DNA of 64,000 nt. Source: Convolutriloba macropyga (taxonomy: Eukaryota). Each line of letters starts with the position of its first letter. Positions within the stretch are counted from its first letter, which is position 1. The DNA is taken from contig NC_134470.1 of NCBI RefSeq assembly GCF_964194025.1, forward strand, positions 76,880,001-76,944,000, in the 5' to 3' direction. The notes below the pieces were generated by a model that saw only the letters and a list, made by a program, of their open reading frames with translations, did no database searches and was not told the origin of the DNA. The translations under genes and the position numbers were made by a program. This document shows, piece by piece, positions 40,076 to 54,416 of this stretch.

Positions 40076-42273
40076 AAAGTTATCCAGCACATCTAGGTTT
40101 TTCGCACATTTTTAAGCACTTTTAGCAGACACAATTAAACAATGAAATGCGAGTCTGCTTATAGCATCTAAAATAAGTTCAAAAATTACCATTCCTTAAA
40201 TTGCACTGCTTTCGCAAAACTGCTACCTTTGTCTTTTTTCTTATTATGGAGTTTTTCAGAAACTATAAACATTGAACGATAAGTGTCTTTGTGTCCGAGT
40301 TTCTACAAAAATATCATTATGAAATATTTCGCGAATGGTTAAGGTTCTGCATAAATAAAGCGGCTAATCAAAGCTTAGAAAAATCTCACGTTTCCAATGC
40401 AATTTAATGGGGAAATTTACAAAATTGTTGTTATAATATTTGCTTCTTTTCAAGGTAGGCTTTCAACCGTCCACACTAAGAGACTACCAGAAGTTCTCAC
40501 AACTGAGGAAAAATAAACGCAAACAAATTTTAGTTTTTAATTTATCCTCCTAAGCTAAAAAACTGTTTTAAAACACTTTTATTCTGAGAACAGAAAAATT
40601 TTGATTTCAATTTTGAAAAGGCGCTGAAACGGGCAAAGGCTGTTTTTTTGGCCCCCTTTTTCGAAATTTAACTTCCAAAAACACTGTAATTCTATAAAAC
40701 CAAGTAATTAAAAAATAGTTAGAGAAAGATCAAAATGTTGAAGCTAAGGGAGCTGATGTATTGAAGTGCCGAACTGGAGATGAAGCACTGCTTGCTCAGA
40801 ATAGTTTCCATTGCTGAGCCTATCTGAATGCATTTACGTGCACAAGGTACTTCCAAATTTCGAAGATGAAAAGGAAGTCCCATAAACGGAAAGTTCAGTC
40901 AGTGTTTTTCACTTTTAAACTAGATGTTGAAAAGTGGAGTGTACTTTCCTCCGCAACTTACTTTTTGCGGAAGCTAAATTGTGCTAAATTGTGCGGCAGA
41001 TTAATTGTAAAATTTAAACGCTTTCCTTATTTTGCGTCAAAAGTGTGCTTCCTTTTTCATTTTGGAGTGTATTGTAGGCAAGCACCTGTAAATGGCGGTT
41101 TTCTCGTTACGAAACGAAAAAAAAACAATACAAAGTTGTGGTCAATACTTGAACCAAGGCTTGTGAAGTCTTGGCCAACAACTGTGCACGACTTGTCAAG
41201 TCTCGGCTAAAAATTGACTCAAGACTTGCCATGACTTAACACCTGATTCAGGACGTGTCGAGTCTAAAAAGTGACATGACCAGAGCTCGATCAGAGCATA
41301 AAGTTATCCAGCACATTTAGTCTTTTCGCACATTTTTAAGCACTTTTAGCTGACACAATTAAACAATGAATTGCGAGCCAGCTTATAGCAATTAAAATAA
41401 GTTCGGAAAGTACCATTCTTTAAATTGCACTGCTTTCGCAAAATTGCTTCCTTTGTTTTTTTTCTTATTATGGATGTTTTTTTTCAGAAACTATGAACAT
41501 TGAACGATAAGTGTGTTTGTGTACGAGTTTCTACAAAACTATCATTATGAAATATTTCGCGAATGGTTAAGGTTCTGCATAAATAAAGCGGCTAATCAAA
41601 GCTTAGAAAAATCTCACGTTTCCAATGCAATTTAATTGGGAAATTTACAAAATGGTTTTCATAATATTTGTTTCTTTTCAAGGTAGGCTTTCAACCGTCC
41701 ACACTAAGAGACTAGCAGAAGTTCTCACAACTGAGGAATAATAAACGCAAACAAATTTTAGTTTTTATTTTATCCTCCTAAGCTAAAAAAAACTGTTTCA
41801 AAACACTTTTTTTCTGAGAACAGAAAAATTTTGATTTCAATTTTAGAAAGGCGCTTAAACGGGCAAAGGCTGTTTTTTTGGCCCCCTTTTTCGAAATTTA
41901 ACTTCCAAAAACACTGTAATTCTATAAAACCAAGTAATTAATAAATAATTAGAGAAAGATCAAAATGTTGAAGCTAAGGGAGCTGATGTATTGAAGTGCC
42001 GAACTGGAGATGAAGCACTGCTTGCTCAGAATAGTTTCCGTTGCTGAGCCTATCTGAATGCATTTACGCGCGCAAGGTACTTCCAAATTTTGAAGATGAA
42101 AAGGAAGTCCCATAAACGGAAAGTTCAGTCAGTGTTTTTCACTTTTAAACCAGATGTTGAAAAGTGGAATCTACTTTCCTCCGCAACTTACTTTTTGCGG
42201 AAGCTAAATTGTGCTAAATTGTGCGGCAGATTAATTGTAAAATTTAAACGTTTTCCATATTTTGCGTCAAAAG
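39815..42273. repeat. Tandem duplication, ~1.23-kb unit
   Basis: AAAAGTGTGCTTCC at ~39814 and ~41039; second unit ends TTTGCGTCAAAAG at ~42273; shared AAAAG at the junction. Confidence 0.92.
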
Positions 42274-42440
42274 GTGATGAGAAAAGCGAGCCACATTCTT
42301 TTTAACTAGTTTTTTCTGGTACCGGTAGACGCTAGTAATGGGATAACTTGAGAGGACCTGATTCAAAATTTGAACATTTCAATCTTCTTGATGAATCGTT
42401 TTTTATTCCAACAATTCAAGTCGATCTTCAATCCAAAAAA

Positions 42441-42601
42441 CGGATCTTTTCCGTTTGTGTCCCACCGGTTTACTGGGCGCATATTATTTGCACCCCCCAG
42501 ACGCACGTGCCATTTTTTTCAAAATTATTTACTATGTAATGGCACGTGCACTATAACTGAGGGTGGCATAACGTACTGGGGGCACAAACGGAAAAGATCC
42601 C
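42441..42601. mobile_element. 161-bp GGATC...GATCC MITE with 6-bp TSD
   Basis: TIR GGATCTTTTCCGTTTGTG; AAAAAA on both flanks; a related partial copy ends at ~47073. Confidence 0.8.
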
Positions 42602-44148
42602 AAAAAACATTCAAGGAACAGATGGAGCAAAAACCATTCTTATGTTGAAAGTAGTGCTGACTTTTCCTCTGCTTCCAGACAAGATTTGTAGTTTTTTTAC
42701 GCAAAAAAGAATCAGTCAACCTGAAATCAGCAAACACTGAATAACGATTACTTGAGTTTGCTTATTGGGTGTTCGAGTTAATGTAAACGCAGAGCAGTCT
42801 TAACCTAAACATAATTTAAATGCAAAAGACTGTACGATTTAAGAGAAAATTCTCTGATGATATTTATAAGTATTTCCAAATTGAATGATATAAATAATCT
42901 GATTAACATACTTAAACTAAAGAAACTTTGCTTGTTTCTCGCAGAAGAAACAAAAACATACAAATGCAAAAAATTTGTTTGACATTAGTCATTTAGTTTC
43001 TACAGTTACTATTAAAATTATAAAATTTCTGGAGATATAATTATGTTTAGTAATATTTATTTAGTAAATTTTTGTTGTCACCGCTCCCATTTAAATTTGT
43101 TCTTTTAATTTTTCGGCGTGCAGCATTGCAAATAAATTTTTATAACATCGCTTTTTGCACATTAGTTGCAAAAAAAACAATTGCTGGGACAGGAATTAAT
43201 ATGACCATCTTGGTCAATTTTTTAAAAGTACTTTTTTTAACAGAGATATTACATACGTCTCCGAATGGAACCAAGGCCTGTTTAAAATTTTTGTTCTTGC
43301 TTTGTGTTTTACAGCTGAAACATCAATCAGTGCAAAAAAATTTGCACAGAAAGAGAAAAAGAGAAAAAAAATCTAGCGAGACTTGAAAAATTCATTACAG
43401 AAATGAGTCTTTTCTCACCTGATATTACCAATACAGTGACAAAACAGTAAGAAGTTGGTTAATATGGGACGTTTCTGTTTTATACAATGCTGTTTTATAC
43501 AATAGTAATTTCTGTTTTATACAATGCTGTTAAAGTTAGAGTGGTCAAATTGGAAAAAAATAGAGTTGTAAACAAAACTCAGGTACAATATACAGAACAT
43601 TGATCTATATGTGACATTTGAAATTGCCAAAACAATAATAATTATGTCTTTGAGAAGAATTAGGAACGTGACCGACAGAAACAATTTTGTCTTGATCCGT
43701 CTACAGATAATTTATTATATAAGATGATTATTCATACAAGAAAAATGAAAATGACATTTGATGAAATTCTTGCATGCTTTTCCCGGTGGATCAAAGAGGA
43801 GCAAAAAAATTTCTCTCGAACTTATTGGTTATCATTGAAATGAAAAGTCGCATCTTTTGCCTTGCGGAATCAACAATATAATAAAACATTGATTGGATTA
43901 TTGAAAATGTGTTCATTCTACAATCGCAATTAAAAAATTCCTTGAAAACAGTTTCCTTCATCAGAAGATGTTTTTATTAAACGTCTTTACAATTTAATTT
44001 TTAAAATAAAATAGAACTAATGATTGTCCCGTCACTTGAACATTTTTTGAAGTTAGAGCTGTTTGAATTAAAAGAACTCTAATAAGTCAAAAACTAGCCG
44101 ATATAATAAGCCGATATATCGGTCGGCAAAAATTGGGCGAACAAAACA

Positions 44149-44500
44149 CCCGGGTCGGGATGTCACCGCTAGAAATCGCTATAAGACGTAAGATTTGCGG
44201 TGAATTTGAGTGAAAGTGTAAGATTTGCGTTCAAGGCGATGAATGCGGTGAAAAAAAACTATTAAGCGGTGAAAATTTTTTCACCGTTTAGGTGGTGAAA
44301 AAAACGTTCAGCACTACCAGCAGAATGCGGTGAAAAACATTTTTTCACCGCTAAAATTGCAAATCTTACAAATATTCACCGCTAATTTCAACGCTTATCT
44401 TAAACTCAGAGGAAATATCATTGAGATTAGTGACAGATGGCGCAGTGGAATAAAAAGGTGTTGACATGCAGTAGGTTAGAGGTTCGAACCCGAACCTAGG
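44149..44500. mobile_element. Left part of a TTCACCGC-repeat DNA element with internal Pol III A/B boxes
   Basis: Starts CCCGGGTCGGG; GCGGTGAA repeats; TGGCGCAGTGG at 44438 and GGTTCGAACCC at 44481. Confidence 0.7.
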
Positions 44501-47487
44501 GTTTATCATCAAAGTTTCAGAAAATGATTTCTTGTAAAATCGCATGTAAAAAGGGCTGTTCAGCATGTCATCTGAATTTCTGCCTATTTCGCGAGTCTAT
44601 AAACAAGTAGTTGTTATTTTCCATTGCACGTAAACGATAATTATTTTGATAGACTGCTGTAAAAAGTGACTGTAAAATTGTCATTAAAATGAAGTCTATC
44701 ACACAGCAGAGATCGCGTCATACATACGTACAAGCACTGTGTTAATTTTTCTCGTGAAGTTTTAGAAAACTGTACTTCAAATTTATACAACATCACGTTA
44801 AAACTTTAAAACGCGTAACTAAATTTTCGATTGAACACATAAAGCGTTCCTCCATAGAAGCTAATAGTGGTTTGCGCAGTCTAATATTGATTACTAATTA
44901 GTTGGCTAGTTTTAGTTATTATAGATTGATTGAGAGAGAAAGAACAAGAGCTGGAGGGTTATGTCTTCTGATAGTCGCCTTGCCCGTCTCAAGAAGATCA
45001 GTTTGGGGGGTAAGTGTGAAAATACGTACCCCCACCCCCCCCCCCTCCAAAAATAGCAAGCAAAGTGTTCTTTATGGTTACATGACAATATACCCCCAAT
45101 ATGGCAAAATATCCAATGCCTATTAGTCCCACCTTGAGCGGACAATATAATCCTATGTCTGGTTGTGTTAGATTCATATCAAGTCCAATGAGCCGCTGAG
45201 GCATCATGGCTACTCTAATAACCCCTGGTCGATATAATTGGTTTTTAAACATAAGTTCTTGTCAGTATCGTCGGCGGTTTTTCCAACCAAAAACAATGAG
45301 AAATCCTGCGATTTTTTAGTCGAAATCATCGTTTTTGTTCGGTCTTTAACATAAGAAAGATTCGGTATCGTCGTTTTCTAAAAGTGAGCGAAATTCGGTA
45401 TCGTTGAAAGAAGTACCAAGAACTTTTATCTACTGGGTTTTAAAAGCAGATTATTTCAGCAGACTCAACAAAAAAACAGTTGGCACATTTGGTTTGAAAG
45501 GTAACCAAGCTTGTGTATTTTGACAGTTGGTATTTTCTCATGACACGATTCGTTAATGCAACTTGTTAGTTAAAGTTGATAAATATTTTAAATTGTTTTC
45601 ATAGAAATAATTCTACCTTTTTTTTCTAATATTTCACTAGGAGGTCTAATATTTCACCAGATCGACTTTAGAACACGAAATCTCATTTTCAAAAGTAAAC
45701 CTAGAAGAGATAAAGTGAAAGGAAAGAATAGCGATTGCCATTTTGTTCAAATAACGTACAATGGATTTTCGAATGTCAAGCCTGAATATATTTGATTTCC
45801 AAGATATCAAAAATTTTGTGAAAATATATAAGTTTTCCTTAAATTTGATGCCTTTTCCTTAAAGAAAAACAATAGCTCTGTTTAATGCGCATTTACAATT
45901 AGTAATTACTTTGGAAATTTTTTCGTGTTTTTCTCAAAATTTTGCTCTTTTTCCTGAAATACTGTCTCTAGGACCAAGTTGGCAGCGGAAACTCCATCAT
46001 CAGCAAATTAAACCTTTTCGAAGCAATATTCTTTTTTTTCTGAAAAATAGGATGTTTATCTGGAGGACAAACCTGGAAGACTAATCTGGAGTTGAATGAC
46101 TTCTGATCAAATGTTTTAAACATCTATAAACTTCTAAGCTCTTTCGAGTTTAAATTTGTCTCTGATTAAATGTTTCAAACATAAGCAACTTTTTTTGAGA
46201 TCTTTGTTCAATGTTGTCTTCAATGTTCAATATGGCTTTTTCCGGGCTAAACTATTAGTTTTTGAGATTGAGTTCTTTTCCTATATGTTTTATATTAGAA
46301 CGTTATTTTTGTAAATTTCAATAAGTGTTCATTCTTTTACACTGTAGCTGTTTTGAGAACAAAAATTTTATTTTTACAGTTTGTTGACAGTTGTTTGATT
46401 CTCGTTGTTTGAATCTCGTTTTTTGAAAACAGTTCTTTTCAAAAACTTGATTTTTGATGAAAAAATTTTTGAAGCAGTTTTCTAGCAGTCGGTTCAGAAA
46501 CTATAAGAAATAAAATCCAAAAAACACATACTTCACTGTTTTCGTTGCAGCCGCAAGTTCTACATTGCATGTTTTTTGGAGAGTAAAACGTTAAAAAAGT
46601 ACTTAAAAACGTAAAAAGGTTAAAAATACGTTAAAAAAGTGATTTACGCACACAATTTACGTTAAAAGGCTCAGAACTGGGAAAACTGTAATTTCGTAAA
46701 TTCATTTTCACTAGTGGCCAAAGTTGCTCTAGAAAGATGGCAAAAACATGACCGTTTTCAAGATTTTGATTTTGATACTGTTTTTATTATAAAATGTACG
46801 AAATTATAGGAGACGAATTTATGTGTCGTTTCCATTGTGTTCATTTGTTGAAGTTGTTACAGCGTCCTTGTAACAGCAAAAAGTAGAAAAATAGAAAAAA
46901 GTTTTCGGGGACTAAAATGGCACACTTCAAGTCTATTACCATAGCGGTCAAGTTTTTCCTTTTCCCTGCTTTCATTATGTAAAAATATGGCAAGCGCGTC
47001 TGGGGGGTGCAAATAATATCTACCCACTCTGCTGGGGGGGGGGGGGGGGGGGAGGCACAAACGGAAAAGATCCCACTTTGTTCCAAAATTTATCAGTTCG
47101 CGAATACCTAAAAATCAAGGTCTGTTAGGAATATAATGCAGCTCTAGGAAGCGGAGATCATTTTTTGTCCGGATCTTTAACGTTTTAACCCCCCCCCCAC
47201 TCCCCACCCCCCCTCCCCCCGCTTAGTGGGTTGTGCATAACCGAATTTCCGAATTTGGTACTTGGGGGGGGGGTGGGGAGGGAGGGTGCACTAACGGAAA
47301 ATATCCCCATTTTTTTCAAGATAGTAATTTATGCTCGTTTTAGCTAAAATCGCTGGTGCATTTGAGAAGCAGCAGACCGAAGATCATGACACCAGAGATG
47401 GTAAGTTGACATTTATCAAAATGGCATCCAGGTTGAGGTATCGCCCCGTTTCCCGTTTCTGCCCCACTTTCCACAGCTTAGTGGGTG

Positions 47488-48270
47488 CCCGCGTCGAGGT
47501 TTCACCGCTAAAAATTGCTAAAAGACGAAAGGTTTGCGGTGAAATTGATTAAAAAGTGTAAGATTTGCGCTCAATGCGATGAATGCGGTGAAAAAAGCTT
47601 TAAAGAGTTGAAAAATTTTTATTCACCGCTTATGCTTTGGAAAAAAAATTCACCGCTAAAAATCGCTTAAGCGGTGAAAGAAAAATTTTTCACCGCTTGC
47701 AGCAGAATGCGGTGAAGAAAATTCCACTGCTACTAGGATGCGGTGAAAAAATGAGCGCTACTAGGATGCGGTGAAAAAAAAATTCACCGCTAAAATTGCA
47801 AATCTTACAAATATTCACCGCTAAAATCAAAGCTTATCTTAAATTCACAGGAAATATCGGATCTATTCTGTTTCGTCCCCCCCAGTGTTTTTTATGCCCC
47901 CAGTTACAAATTATATGTTGCTATATAGCACATTACTATGTAAAAAAATAGCACATGCGATTGGGGGGCGTAAAAATATAAGCCAACTAAGTTGGGGGGC
48001 GGTGGGGGGGGGGGGAGGGGGGAGGGGGGGCAAAAAGAACAGATCCGAAATAGTATTGAATTAAGTGACAGATGGAGCAGTGGAATAAGAAGTTGTTGAC
48101 ATATACGAGGTGAGAGGTTCGAAACCGTTTGCGGCAGTATCTTTTTCGTAAGGAATGCGGTAAAAAAAAATTCACCGCTAAAAACTGCAAAAATTCACCG
48201 CACTCAACGCTAAAAGATTTTTTTTTCACCACTTTTCACCGCTAATCTTACATTGTTAAAATCCGAGGTA
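47488..48270. mobile_element. TTCACCGC-repeat DNA element with nested MITE and A/B boxes
   Basis: Starts CCCGCGTCGAGG; colinear with the 44149 copy; its right portion resembles 9460-9500. Confidence 0.75.
47858..48047. mobile_element. GGATC...GATCC MITE nested in a TTCACCGC-repeat element
   Basis: CGGATCT...AGATCCG ends; flanks AAATAT/AAATAG; uninterrupted paralogous site at ~44412-44435. Confidence 0.8.
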
Positions 48271-48401
48271 TCTTTGAGAAATAACTTAAGCGTTTGGATG
48301 AATTGCGGAAGAACGCTTAAAACCGCAAAACGTCAATATCTTTCAGCGGTGAATGCTGTAAAAGCTGGGATGGTTGGGCGAGATTAGGGGTAAATTCAGC
48401 C

Positions 48402-51400
48402 AATTGAAGCTACAAAGTTAGCTAAAAATGGTAATGGTCAGTATTTGATATTTGAAGGTTAAACCCCAACTGAAATAACTCTAAACACGCAAACACAATA
48501 TCTGAAGATACGACAATAAAACAAGGGGCGTAAAAACACTGCCCCCCAGTGTTTTTACGCCCCCAGTAACAAATTATAAAAACAGCACGTGCGCCTGGGG
48601 GCGTAAAAAATATAAGCTCATTGAGGTTGGGGGGGGGGGGGGACAGAATTGATTGGAGCTTTTTTCTGGAAGCATGATGCAGCAAGGCCTAGACGACCCG
48701 GACTAGACGTCAAGTCCTAATCAGTACTGGGATCTATTTTGATTCTCTCTCTCCCCCCCTTGTTTCTTATGACCCCCAGTTAAAAATCATATGTTGTTAT
48801 ATAGCATGCTACTATGTAAAAATAAAGCACCTGCGCCTGAGGGCGTAAAAAATATCAGCTCACTGAGGTTGGGGGGAACAGAATTGTTCCAAACTTTTTT
48901 CTGGAAGCATGATGCAGCAAGGCTAAGACGACCCGGACTGAATGTCAGGTCTTAATCAGTACTGGGATCTATTTTGATTCTCTCCGCCCCCGTGTTTCTT
49001 ATGACCCCCAGTTAAAAATCATGTGTTGTTATATAGCATGCTACTATGTAAAAGTAATGCACGTGCGCCTTGTTTCTTATGACCCCATGTTTCCTTTGAC
49101 CCCCAGTTAAAAATCATGTGTTGTTATATAGCATGCTACTATGTAAAAGTAATGCACGAGTGCGTAAAAAATATAAGCGCACTAAGGTGGGGGGGGGGGG
49201 CAAAAAAGAGTAGATTCCAGTTCTGACTCAGACCTAATCAGAGTGAAATTGCTAGTCTTGGATCAGTACTGTATCAGCTCGAGAAATTTGAGAATTTTTG
49301 TCGTGTAAGATATTACAAAATTCAAACAAAATTGTATTATAAGTTCTTATAAGATTATGCATCGCCTGACTGAGACTTTGTACGAAAATATATCAGGTCT
49401 TACCCGATAAGTGTTTTTCATCAGGTCTGATAAGATGCTACACAATACAAATTCATTTTTGTCCGATTTAACAAGATAAAAATTCTTCCTGTTAAAGATT
49501 CTGCCTGAATGTTTATCGTGTATGATCTTATAAGAATCTTATACGATCTTGTAAGATGAACATTAGGAAATCAATGACTCTTCTTTTTGATAAGATATTT
49601 ACCAGATTTTAAACGACAAAGTTTCTTTAAATTTCGCATGTTCTTCATATTGAGGACAACTCACAGTTGCTTTCAAGCGGTAGCCACAAATCTACAGCTT
49701 GCAACACTTAAGTGTCGGAGCAACAAAGAAAAAAATATCTTATATTGTCTTCTGAGATTTATAAGAGCTGGTGAAAAAGTAAGTGGAGTGTCAGGAGCTT
49801 TCTCTGAAGCACTTATTATCAAAACAAGGCTGAAAAATATTTTTCAAAGACCAAAACTATCTTGGATTGGTAAGATTAGCCATAGTACTCAGCTAAGACT
49901 CACAAAAAACCGCCGCCAAAATAGAATAAAAAACATTTTTATAAATGTTTAGTTGACCAATTTTTTTTTTTGCTTTTAAAGGAACTTGACTACGTTATTC
50001 GATAAAACTGAAATCATTAAAACATGTCTTATCAGATTTTTCACGATAAAAATTCTGCCCTATGTGAACTTTTATTGTGTAAGATCTGATAAGATACTTA
50101 CCAGATTTCATAAGATAACAAATTACAAAACTGAATTATTATCCTATAAAATCTGATAGGAAACTTACCAGACCTTATAAGATAATAATTCAGCAATGTT
50201 GAACTATTATTTTATAAGATCTGATAATTATCTTATCAGCTCATACACGATTAAAATTCACGTATTGCAAAATTGAAGCTACAAATTTAGCTACAAATGG
50301 TAATGGTCAGTAATTGAGAGTAAATTCCAAATGAAATAATTCTAAACACGCTAACACAATATCTGAAGATACGACAGTAAAACAAGGGGGCGTAAAAACA
50401 CTGCCCCCAGTGTTTTTACGCCCCCAGTACAAATTATAAAAACAGCACGTGCTCCAGGGGGCGTAAAAAATATAAGCTCATTGAGGTTGGGGGGAACAGA
50501 AATGATTGGAGCTTTTTTCTGGAAGCATGATGCAGCAAGGCCTAGACGACCCAGACTGAACGTCAAGTCCTAATCAGTACTGGGATCTATTTTGATTCTC
50601 TCCCCCCCTTGTTTCTTATGACCCCCAGTTAAAAATCATGTGTTGTTATATATCATGTTACTTTTTAAAAATAATGCACGTGCTTTGGAGGGCGTAAAAA
50701 TATTGGCTGACTAAGGGGGGGGGGGCAAGAAGACTAGATCCCAGTACTGACTCATAGTTAATCAGATTGAAATTGCAATTCTTGAATTGGTACTGTATCA
50801 GCTCGAGACATTTGAGAATTTATGTCGTGTAAGATATTACAAAAAATTAAAACAAAATTGTCTTATAAGTTCTTATAAGATTATGCATCGCCTGACTGAG
50901 ACTTTGTACGACAATATATCAGGTCTCACCCGATAAGTTTTTTAATCAGATCTGATAAGATGCTACACAATACAAATTCACCTTTGTCCGATTTAACAAG
51001 ATAAAGATTCTGCCTGTTAAAGATTCTGCCTGAATGTTTATCGTGTATGATCTTATAAAAATCTTATAAGATCTTGTAAGATAAACCTTAAGAAATCTCA
51101 GACTCATCTTTTTGATAATTCATTTACCAGATATTCAATGACAAAATTTCTTTAATCTTGGCATGTTCTTCACATTGTGGACAATTCACAGTTGCTTTCA
51201 AGCGGCAGCCACAAAGCTACAGCATGCAACACTAAAGTGTCAAAGCAACAAATAGAAAGGTATCTTATATTGTCTTTTGAGACTTATGAGATGTTGTGAA
51301 AAAAGTTATTAGAGTGTAAGGGGCTTCTCTGAAGCACTTATTATCAAACCGGGCTGAAAAATATTTTTCAAAGACCAAAACTATCTTGGATTGCTAAGAT

Positions 51401-53280
51401 TAGCCATAGTACTCAGCTAAGACTCATAAAAAACCGCCGCCAAAATAGAATAAAAAACATTTTTTTATTAATGTTTAGTTGACCAATTATTATTTTTACT
51501 TTTAAAGGAACTTGACTACGTTATACGATAAAACTGAAATCATTAAAACATGTCTTATCTGATCTTTCACGATAAAAATTCGGCCCTATGTGAACTTTTA
51601 TTGTGTAAGATCTGATAAGATACTTACCAGATTTCATAAGATAACAAATTACAAACCTGAATTATTATCCTATAAAATCTGATAGAAAAATTACCAGACC
51701 TTATAAGATAATAATTCAGCAATGTTGAACTATTATTTTATAAGATCTGATAATTATCTTATCAGCTCATACACGATTAAAATTCACGTATTGCAAAATT
51801 GAAGCTACAAATTTAGCTACACATGGTAATGGTCAGTAATTGAGAGTAAATTCCAAATGAAATAATTCTAAACACGCTAACACAATATCTGAAGATACGA
51901 AAATAAAACAAGGGGGCGTAAAAACACTGCCCCCCAGTGTTCTTACGCCCCCAAGTACAAATTATAAATACAGCACTTGCGCTGGGGGGCGTAAAAAATA
52001 TAAGCTCATTGAGGTTGGGGGGGGAACAGAATTGATTGGAGCTTTATTCTGGAAGCATGATGCAGCAAGGCCTAGACGACCTGGACTTAACGTCAAGTCT
52101 TAATCAGTACAGGGATCTATGATGATTCTCCCCCCCCCCGAGTTTCTTATGACCCCCAGTTAAAAATCATGTGTTGTTATATAGCATGTTACTTTGTAAA
52201 AATAATGCACGTGCACTGGAGGGCGTAAAAATATAAGCTGACTAAGGGGGGCAAAGTAGACTAGATCCCAGTACTGACTCATAGTTAATCAGATTGAAAT
52301 TGCACGTCTTGGACCGGTACTGTATCAGCTCGAGACATTTGAGAATTTTTGTCGTAAAATATATTACAAAATTCATACAAAATTGTCCTATAAGTTCTTA
52401 TAAGATTATGCATCGCCTGACTGAGACTTTGTACAACAATATATCAGGTCTCACCCGAAAAGTTTTTTATCAGGTCTGATAAGATGCTACACAATACAAA
52501 TTCACTTTTGTCCGATTTAACAAGATAAAAATTCTTCCTGTTAAAGATTCTGCCTGAATGTTTATCGTGTATGATCTTATAAGAATCTTATACGATCTTG
52601 TAAGATGAACATTAGGAAATCAATGACTCTTCTTTTTGATAAGATATTTACCAGATTTTAAACGACAAAGTTTCTTTAAATTTCGCATGTTCTTTATTTT
52701 GAGGACAATTCACAGTTGCTTTCAAGCGGCAGCTACAAAGCTACAGCATGCAACACTAAAGTGTCAAAGCAACAAAGAGAAAGATATCTTATATTGTCTT
52801 TTGAGACTTATGAGATGTTGTGAAAAAAGTTATTAGAGTGTAAGGGGCTTCTCTGAGGCAGTGACTATCAAACTAGGCTGAAAAATTTTTTTCAGAGACC
52901 AAAACTATCTTTTATTGCTCAGTTTAGCCTTAGTATCTAGTTATATTCAGAAAAACATATATTTCATAATTGATTTTTTGACCGATTATTTTTTTCACTT
53001 TCATAGGAACTTGACTGAGTTATACGATTAAATTGAAATCATTAAAACATGTCTTATCAGATCTTTCACGATAAAAATTCTGCCCTATGTGAACTTTTAT
53101 TGTGTAAGATCTGATAAGATACTTACCAGATTTCATAAGATAACAAATTACAAACCTGAATTATTATCCTATAAAATCTGATAGGTAACTTACCAGACCT
53201 TATAAGATAATAATTCAGCAATGTTGAACTATTATTTTATAAGATCTGATAATTATCTTATCAACTCATACACGATCGAA
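48402..53280. repeat. Three tandem ~1.5-1.9-kb units (starts 48402, 50271, 51797) made of nested MITE fragments and ATAAGAT/ATCTTAT repeats
   Basis: Each unit starts AATTGAAGCTACAAA; the first unit has an extra internal ~240-bp duplication. Confidence 0.9.
50582..50742. mobile_element. 161-bp GGGATCTA...TAGATCCC MITE with TSD AGTACT (paralogs near 48729, 48965-49218, 52112-52269)
   Basis: AGTACT at 50576-50581 and 50743-50748; repeated with the 1.5-kb tandem unit. Confidence 0.8.
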
Positions 53281-54416
53281 TAAGATCTTATAAAATACTT
53301 ATCAGATTTTATAAGATCACAATTCACAAAAATTGAATTATTACCTTTTATAATCTGATAAGAAACTTATCTGATCTTATTAGATAACAATTAAGCAAAG
53401 TTGAATTTTTATCTTATAAGATCTGATAAGTATCTTATCAGCTCTTATACGATTAAAGTTCATGTATGGCAAAATTTTTATCGTGTATGACCAGATAAAA
53501 TCTTACACGATAAAAATTCCAGAATCACTGGAGAGAGCTCTGATCGTGTCGCTTTTTAGATTTGGCAAATCTTTAGTCAATTCTTAAGACTTGACCAACC
53601 CAAGACGTCTATTTCAATGAAAAAGTACTGATTAAAATTTGAAACTCGTTCATGGGAGAAAGAAATTCAGACTCAGCATCGCGAACTGCACCCGTGTTCT
53701 CGATATACGCCAGAAGCTCTCAGTGACTTCAAGAAGAGTCACGTATCCTATACTGAAAACTTGAATCGGGTAGTATAGGGATGAATTTATTGATCTGACG
53801 GACCATGCAGACTAACACCCAATCACCTCTTCAATCAATGTTGATTTTTAAATATACATTTAAACCATTCTTGATGCTAGGTATATTGGCCGACAGGGGT
53901 TTAGCCGACGTTCAATTGTTTTTGGTCAACAAACCGGATTAGAAGAAATGTCAGTATTCGCTCCAGGCACTGCAATTGACGTCTGGTAAGGTTGTCGGCT
54001 TAAATTCTTTTCAGTTAGTTTTCGGCTAAAAACCCCATGTCGGCCAATTTGGCTATCGCCCATTTTCTTATTAACAATAAGCGAAACGAACTTCATCTTC
54101 AGGCGGCAGTACAGCCAGAAGCAGCACTTTCTCTTCACGTGGACTGTATACAATGCCAGATGATTACGAGAGTGATCCAGAGCCCCCTCCCTCGGCCCGA
54201 CGGGCCAAAAAGCGAATCCAGGTACAGATAATAACTAAATTTAACATAACATGTGAAGACAGTAAACACTGAATGTTTCGACTCTTTTTACAAGATATAG
54301 TTGGTTTTTAAACCATACGTATATCAAGTTTTGGTTCACTGAGCCATCTAATATCTTCTTCTACAGTGTGTGGCCGATGTTGAAGTCCCAGACGGATTCA
54401 AGTATGTTCAGATCGA

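Noticed and set aside
54195-54207. GGCCC-GAC-GGGCC hairpin as a Helitron 3' end
   Set aside because: No CTRR|T terminus in the right context on either strand.
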